DNA from: a virus
Strand: one strand, 5' to 3'
Length of the DNA: 64,000 nt
IMG/VR virus record: IMGVR_UViG_3300037851_000547
Span: 1 to 64,000 of that record
This document shows positions 59,937 to 64,000 of the stretch, in pieces. Position 1 is the first letter of the stretch; each line of letters starts with the position of its first letter. The notes under the pieces are model-generated. The model worked only from the letters and a program-made list of their open reading frames with translations. It did no database searches and was not told the origin of the DNA. The position numbers and the translations under genes are program-made.

Positions 59937-60620
59937 CTACTTGTTGACCGCTACCTTCAGCAGACCGTGAAGCCAGCACTTGACCGGGATGAAAAGCGCC
60001 TTCTCGAAGTTCGGCATCCCTACCGACTCCGGATTCGTACGCGTCCAGTCGGCCCACGCCCTGGAGTAGAACGTGAGGTAGCCGATGATCTCATGCTTCT
60101 CCGTGAGCGTCTGCGAGCGCAGAAGCTTCGGCACGGCCGCCTGCGACGGCACTCCGATGTTGGCGAAGAACGACGCGCCGAGACCGAGTGGATCTGGATA
60201 GATGCCCGGTCCGGTCAGACCGTACCCGCATCCGAACTTGATGATCGGACCCTCGGTCAGCAGCAGGTTGTTCACGTTGATGCGCAGATGGCCGTTGAAG
60301 ACGACCTGCGCCATGTCGTAGTTGGACACGGGATACGATCCCATCATCTGCTCGACGGAAGCGCCGATGCGATCGACCACCATCTCCTCGCCCATGCTCA
60401 GGCGCACGGGCTGGGTGAAGTTGGTATCGATCGGCAGCTTCCGCTCGATGTCACGGAAGAAGACGTACTGCTTGCCCGCCGTGATCGCCTCGAACCGCTC
60501 GCCATAGATCACGATGGTATCGTACTTGTCGTCTTCCCTGTACTCGGAGATGTTCAGAATGCTGCCGGAAGCAGTATCCAGGAACCGACCGGGCTGTCCT
60601 TTGATTGGTTTGAGTGCCAT
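59937..60620 (-). CDS. putative major virion (capsid-like) protein, paralog B
   Basis: 227 aa, roughly half identical to 60695..61357 (MALKPIKGQPGRFLDT..., LSMGEEMVVDR, GVPS.AA.PKL). Strong RBS AAAAAGGAGAGAGG. Confidence 0.5.
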   Translation of the reverse strand: MALKPIKGQPGRFLDTASGSILNISEYREDDKYDTIVIYGERFEAITAGKQYVFFRDIERKLPIDTNFTQPVRLSMGEEMVVDRIGASVEQMMGSYPVSNYDMAQVVFNGHLRINVNNLLLTEGPIIKFGCGYGLTGPGIYPDPLGLGASFFANIGVPSQAAVPKLLRSQTLTEKHEIIGYLTFYSRAWADWTRTNPESVGMPNFEKALFIPVKCWLHGLLKVAVNK

Positions 60621-60694
60621 GATGTTTTCCTCTCTCCTTTTTTACCTGTTCAAGGCTATTCGGAGTTTATTGATTTAGCTCCGAGTTGTCGTGA

Positions 60695-61357
60695 TTACTT
60701 GCTTGCGGCGGTCTTGATGAGGCCGTGCAGGAAAGCAGTGACGGTCATGCCCGGCTCGGTAACGAGCTGGATCGGCGTGATCGAGGCGAGTGAGACGTTG
60801 GGCTCCGATAGAATCCAGTCGCGGTTCTGGAAGATCAGGTAGCCGACCATCTCGTGCTTGCTGGTGAGCGTCTGGGTCTTGACGAGCTTCGCCGCCGCTG
60901 CGGTCGAGGGCACGCCCACGCCGAAGTTCGGGGTGCTCGGCGAGTAGCCGCCGACGCCGTATCCGCTCGGGAACTTGAACGCCGGCCCTTCGATGAGCAG
61001 CAGCGCGTTCACGTCCACGCGGAAGAACGAGCTTTCGATGACGCGCAGGAAGTCTACTCCGGTGGAATCGACCTCGTGTCCGCTGATGACGTGACGGGGG
61101 TACAGGCCCACTCGATCCACGACCATCTCCTCGCCCATCGACAGGCGAGAGGGCTGCGTGAAGTTGCAGTCCACAGGACGCTTCTGCGCGATGTCCCGGA
61201 AGAAGATGTACTGCGAACCGAACTCGATCGCGACCTCGCTCGAGATGAAGATCGAATCGTACTTGTCGTCTTCGCGGTACTCGGCGATGTTGAGAACCTG
61301 ACCGCTTCCGGTGTCCAGAAAGCGACCCGGCTGTCCCTTGATTGGTTTGAGTGCCAT
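60695..61357 (-). CDS. putative major virion (capsid-like) protein, paralog A
   Basis: 220 aa. See paralog B. RBS CAGGAGATACGAA. Confidence 0.5.
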   Translation of the reverse strand: MALKPIKGQPGRFLDTGSGQVLNIAEYREDDKYDSIFISSEVAIEFGSQYIFFRDIAQKRPVDCNFTQPSRLSMGEEMVVDRVGLYPRHVISGHEVDSTGVDFLRVIESSFFRVDVNALLLIEGPAFKFPSGYGVGGYSPSTPNFGVGVPSTAAAAKLVKTQTLTSKHEMVGYLIFQNRDWILSEPNVSLASITPIQLVTEPGMTVTAFLHGLIKTAASK

Positions 61358-61444
61358 TTCGTATCTCCTGAGCTGCCGTAGCAGCAGTATTTTTGCCTTC
61401 GTGCTTACCGGCCTTGAACCATTCGCGGCCGGGGGAAAATCATA

Positions 61445-61536
61445 GAGAACCAGTCGGCATCCTGGTTTGCGTGAACTCGAAAGAGAGGACTTTCGGACTA
61501 CAGGTCAGGAATACCTATCAGCGCCGACTGGTTCTC
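61445..61536 (-). other. structured leader element: 14-bp closing stem GAGAACCAGTCGGC/GCCGACTGGTTCTC around a 64-nt interior with a CGAAAG/CTTTCG hairpin
   Basis: Read directly. It lies in the 195-nt gap upstream of capsid-like paralog A. Confidence 0.6.
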
Positions 61537-61552
61537 CGTATTGCGCCGACGC

Positions 61553-62062
61553 CTAGAAGAGGCTGGTCAGCTCGTAGGGCGGGACCGTCCTGATCTCCGC
61601 TTCACCCATGCCGAAGAGGTCTTCGTCCGCACCCTGTCCCAGGCCGGTCAGAAGGGTCTCCTCGTCCACGACCGCATCGCCGAGTCCCAGCAGATCTTCC
61701 TCGGTGATGTCGCCTTCCTCCAGCGACACCTTCTGGTTGATCATCTGGCCGACCAGCGTTGCCAGTCCCTGTCCCACCAATCCTGCCGACAGACCGGCCG
61801 CAGCGGGGCGGCTGAAGTCGTACAGGAGGTACCCGCCGATCAGTCCGGCGGCGATGGACGCAGCGGCCCTCCAGGTGGGAGTGGTCAGGAACGGGATCTT
61901 CTTGAGACCCCAGCTGCCCAGCAGCATTCCTGCCCCGGCCGACCCGGCGGCGACCACAGCGTCAGCACTGAGAGGAAACGTGATCGGCGGAAAATCCAGA
62001 CCGTCCCACATCTCCTCGAGATCCATGTCCTCGATCGGAGGATATTCGATGCTCTTTCCCAT
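61553..62062 (-). CDS. acidic membrane protein
   Basis: ATG at 62062 follows GAGAGGAATGACA. Gly/Ala-rich hydrophobic segments (AVVAAGSAGAGMLLGSW, AAASIAAGLIGGYLL). Confidence 0.45.
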   Translation of the reverse strand: MGKSIEYPPIEDMDLEEMWDGLDFPPITFPLSADAVVAAGSAGAGMLLGSWGLKKIPFLTTPTWRAAASIAAGLIGGYLLYDFSRPAAAGLSAGLVGQGLATLVGQMINQKVSLEEGDITEEDLLGLGDAVVDEETLLTGLGQGADEDLFGMGEAEIRTVPPYELTSLF

Positions 62063-62236
62063 TGTCATTCCTCTCTTTCTCTGTCCGATTGATACTGAAA
62101 GTTGCTTCTCTCTGCACAGTTCCCTGAACGACTTTCGAGCGGAACCGAGAGGTCCATACGCCCAGCATTGGCAGTCACCCGCCATGTTGGAGCGTACAGC
62201 GATGCACTCTCTTGACCCGTCGAACGTCATCGAGAT

Positions 62237-62782
62237 CTACCTGGTCCTGCGCTTTGCGGTCCGACGCTTCCGACGCAGCCCGAAGAGGCCAGCCATCGTG
62301 ACGCCTCCCGAGCGGCTCTTGGCGTAGGACTTGCAGTAACGCTTGCCCTTCTTGTTGATGCCGAAGCTGACGCACCGGCGCTTCTTGCCCTTGAGCGGGG
62401 AGGCCTTGCGCTTGCCCCTGGTTCCCGAGTACTTGCGGCAGATCTTTTTGCCGGCGCTGCTGCGGCCCCACCGGAGGCACGAGCGCTTGCGCGTCTTCAC
62501 GCTCTTGCGCTTCAATGCTGCCCGTGCGGAGATGCTCCTCCACTTCCGGCAGACCTTGCGGCCTCCGCTCTTGCCGTACTTCGCGCAGACCTTCTGAGCC
62601 CGCTTCTTGGTGGTGCTGCGCTCGTAGAACTTGCGCTTGATGCCCGCCTTGCGGCGTCCGCTCGGACTACCTTCACCGGCTGCGAACTTCGCGCAGACCT
62701 TTCTGCCTCCCTTACCGGTCTTGTACCTCACGCAACGACGGAGGCGGCCTTCCAGGGAGCCCATATCGGTATCCGTGGCCAT
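62237..62782 (-). CDS. highly basic protein with four two-cysteine repeats (C-x4-G-x6-7-K-x-C-x2-aromatic)
   Basis: The four repeats are RRCVRYKTGKGGRKVCAKF, QKVCAKYGKSGGRKVCRKW, RSCLRWGRSSAGKKICRKY and RRCVSFGINKKGKRYCKSY. RBS AAAGGAGAACGAAG. Confidence 0.6.
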   Translation of the reverse strand: MATDTDMGSLEGRLRRCVRYKTGKGGRKVCAKFAAGEGSPSGRRKAGIKRKFYERSTTKKRAQKVCAKYGKSGGRKVCRKWRSISARAALKRKSVKTRKRSCLRWGRSSAGKKICRKYSGTRGKRKASPLKGKKRRCVSFGINKKGKRYCKSYAKSRSGGVTMAGLFGLRRKRRTAKRRTR

Positions 62783-62843
62783 CTTCGTTCTCCTTTGTAG
62801 ATTCCTCTCTTTCAGCTCACGGAGGCCCCATGCCCCCGCAGCG

Positions 62844-63020
62844 CTAGACCTTGCGGTACTTCCGACAGACCTTGCGTCCGTCCTTGGTACGCCCCCACTT
62901 GATGCAGATCCGCTTCCGACGGGTTCGGCGAGCTGCGAACTGCAAGCAGACTTTCTTGCCGCTCCTTCGACCGAACTTGATGCAGATGCGCTTCTTCGTC
63001 CTTCGCTTCTTCGTTGCCAT
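62844..63020 (-). CDS. 58-aa highly basic protein with two copies of the same Cys repeat
   Basis: ATG at 63020 follows AGGAGAAGTC. The two repeats are KRICIKFGRRSGKKVCLQF and KRICIKWGRTKDGRKVCRKY. 27 of 58 residues are K/R by my count. Confidence 0.55.
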   Translation of the reverse strand: MATKKRRTKKRICIKFGRRSGKKVCLQFAARRTRRKRICIKWGRTKDGRKVCRKYRKV

Positions 63021-63028
63021 GACTTCTC

Positions 63029-63706
63029 CTATGGTACGTCGTAGTCCTTGACCTTCTTCAACATGCTCCTCGGTGGATGCCATCCTGGCGCTTTGTCCAT
63101 GCTGGCGTCAAGAGAGTACCAGGTGTTCGGACCTCGCGGAGGTAGCCCCACCAGAAGGAAGATGTGGTTGTAGTCGGACGAGTCTCGCGTCTGCACGATG
63201 CGAACCTTGATCGGGTACCCTATAGACTGTAGCGCCGACCCGAGCGTGATGGAATAGTCGTCGCAGTCCCCGCCACCGAACTCCAGGGTGCGCTTCGGAG
63301 ACTGGAAGGTATCGATCTGATGAATGTCCCTCACGTACCGGACATTCTGGCGGATCGCCTCGAAGACTTGTCGCACCTCTCCCCACCAGTCGCGCTCTGG
63401 CACACACCATCCTCGACCGCACTTCTGACTGACGGCCTTGACGGCAAAGGCCCGCACTCGCGGGTCTTTCCTCCCTTTCTGGATGGTATTGATGACGTGC
63501 CTGACCCGGCTGTCGATGTTGCCGACGCTGCGGATCGTGGCCTTGTAGCCCCCCTGTCCGTTCGGCTTCGAAATCTCCTGAACCGTGGGTAAATCAGGGA
63601 GATTCTTCGAGAATCCGAGGTCTATCGAAGATCCAAGCGCCTTCCTGAGCTCCGAGAACCCAGCAATCAGAGAGCCCAGGCCTACAACAAGGTGAGGTAC
63701 GTTCAC
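63029..63706 (-). CDS. transglutaminase-like cysteine protease with N-terminal anchor
   Basis: FGGGDCDDYSITLGSALQSIGYP (Cys), NHIFLLV (His) and YSLDAS (Asp) are arranged as in the transglutaminase core. GTG start with no obvious RBS. Confidence 0.7.
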   Translation of the reverse strand: MNVPHLVVGLGSLIAGFSELRKALGSSIDLGFSKNLPDLPTVQEISKPNGQGGYKATIRSVGNIDSRVRHVINTIQKGRKDPRVRAFAVKAVSQKCGRGWCVPERDWWGEVRQVFEAIRQNVRYVRDIHQIDTFQSPKRTLEFGGGDCDDYSITLGSALQSIGYPIKVRIVQTRDSSDYNHIFLLVGLPPRGPNTWYSLDASMDKAPGWHPPRSMLKKVKDYDVP

Positions 63707-63803
63707 AATTCAAGAACGTACTTCACCAAAATTGTAATTTCAAGAGCTTTGGAGATAACTCTCCGCGGCAAGCGATTTTGAAGTCAATTCGCCCCTTTGC
63801 CGA

Positions 63804-64000
63804 TCAGGTCGCTGCAGGTCCCAGGTCTACCTCTCCGTCTTCCTCTTCGTCGTCCAGCTCGACGCCGGCTGCTGCTGCCATCGCGTCGTCAGCCTCGGTC
63901 TGGACAGCGTGCATCCTCTGGTCGGCTTTCAGTTGAGCCGCTTCTGCTTCTGCCTGCTTCTGTTCCTCTTCGGTAGCAGCTTCAGCTTGTGCCTGCTGTT
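63804..64000 (-). CDS. 3' end of a CDS that continues beyond the window (acidic Ala/Glu/Gln-rich C-terminus)
   Basis: My translation of the open frame gives ...QQAQAEAATEEEQKQAEAEAAQLKADQRMHAVQTEADDAMAAAAGVELDDEEEDGEVDLGPAAT, ending at TGA 63804-63806. Confidence 0.4.
   Translation of the reverse strand, partial: QQAQAEAATEEEQKQAEAEAAQLKADQRMHAVQTEADDAMAAAAGVELDDEEEDGEVDLGPAAT

Noticed and set aside
63707-63803. A sigma70-like promoter (TTGAAA-17 nt-TACGTT) that would make the transglutaminase-like gene leaderless. Similar guesses were considered at 14010..14113 and 38550..38691, where small palindromes CTATAAGACTGATTATAG and GTAATTTCGAATTAC occur.
   Set aside because: The hexamer matches are weak and the host is unknown. 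I could not find consistent -35/-10 pairs, so no promoter is reported as a feature.

Overview
The window reads as one contiguous, gene-dense, GC-rich virus- or prophage-like segment. I count about 110 plausible ORFs. Nearly all are on the minus strand, many are coupled by ATGA/TGATG stop-start overlaps, and many follow GGAGG-type ribosome-binding sites. All domain calls come from motif recognition by eye; no searches were run.

In transcription order, 64000 down to about 40500 looks like a virion, morphogenesis and cell-wall-attack module:
- a transglutaminase-like protease
- two very basic Cys-repeat proteins
- two tandem paralogous ~220-aa putative capsid proteins followed by a strong hairpin
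- small beta-rich proteins
- 733-, 764- and 970-aa repeat proteins, with peptidoglycan-binding-like repeats in the 733-aa and a 320-aa protein
- many single-pass membrane proteins
- an AT-richer Dam methyltransferase plus two glycosyltransferase-like genes

39800 down to 1 carries replication, recombination, repair and anti-restriction-type genes:
- SprT-like protease and a J-domain protein
- nucleoside deoxyribosyltransferase-like protein and a Gp37/Gp68 (DUF5131) protein
- PolX, HNH endonuclease and ATP-dependent ligase
- DUF2958, YkgJ-like, MT-A70, RadC, RuvC-like, DUF932 and ASCH proteins
- DinG helicase and DnaQ-like exonuclease
- Cas4-like nuclease, Sak4-like ATPase and DUF669 protein
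- P-loop replication protein and ParB-like protein
- M23 and SleB-like wall hydrolases
- one tRNA(CAU)
- a long run of small unknown ORFs

I could not recognise a family A/B/C DNA polymerase, terminase, portal or tail gene in the window.

Only two clear plus-strand genes exist (29131..29715 and 39898..40467). Each sits beside unusual non-coding DNA.

The signals most worth follow-up are:
1. A dispersed interrupted palindrome with G8-9/C8-9 tracts and flanking G-quadruplex-type runs (53-147, 39682-39858, related core at 6031-6146).
2. A 283-bp pentanucleotide (GCCNN) array with 7 GATC sites that fills an intergenic gap (10808-11090).
3. Four ATTGTACAGT direct repeats in a 530-bp divergent region (28601-29130).
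4. Paired 12-bp UUCG-tetraloop hairpins upstream of small genes.
5. A PolX/ligase/endonuclease-V-like repair set, plus a second PolX-like gene that lacks two catalytic aspartates.
6. A basic two-cysteine repeat module (C-x4-G-x6-7-K-x-C-x2-aromatic) present in three proteins.
7. Tandem capsid-like paralogs amid membrane proteins, which suggests a tailless, membrane-containing virion.
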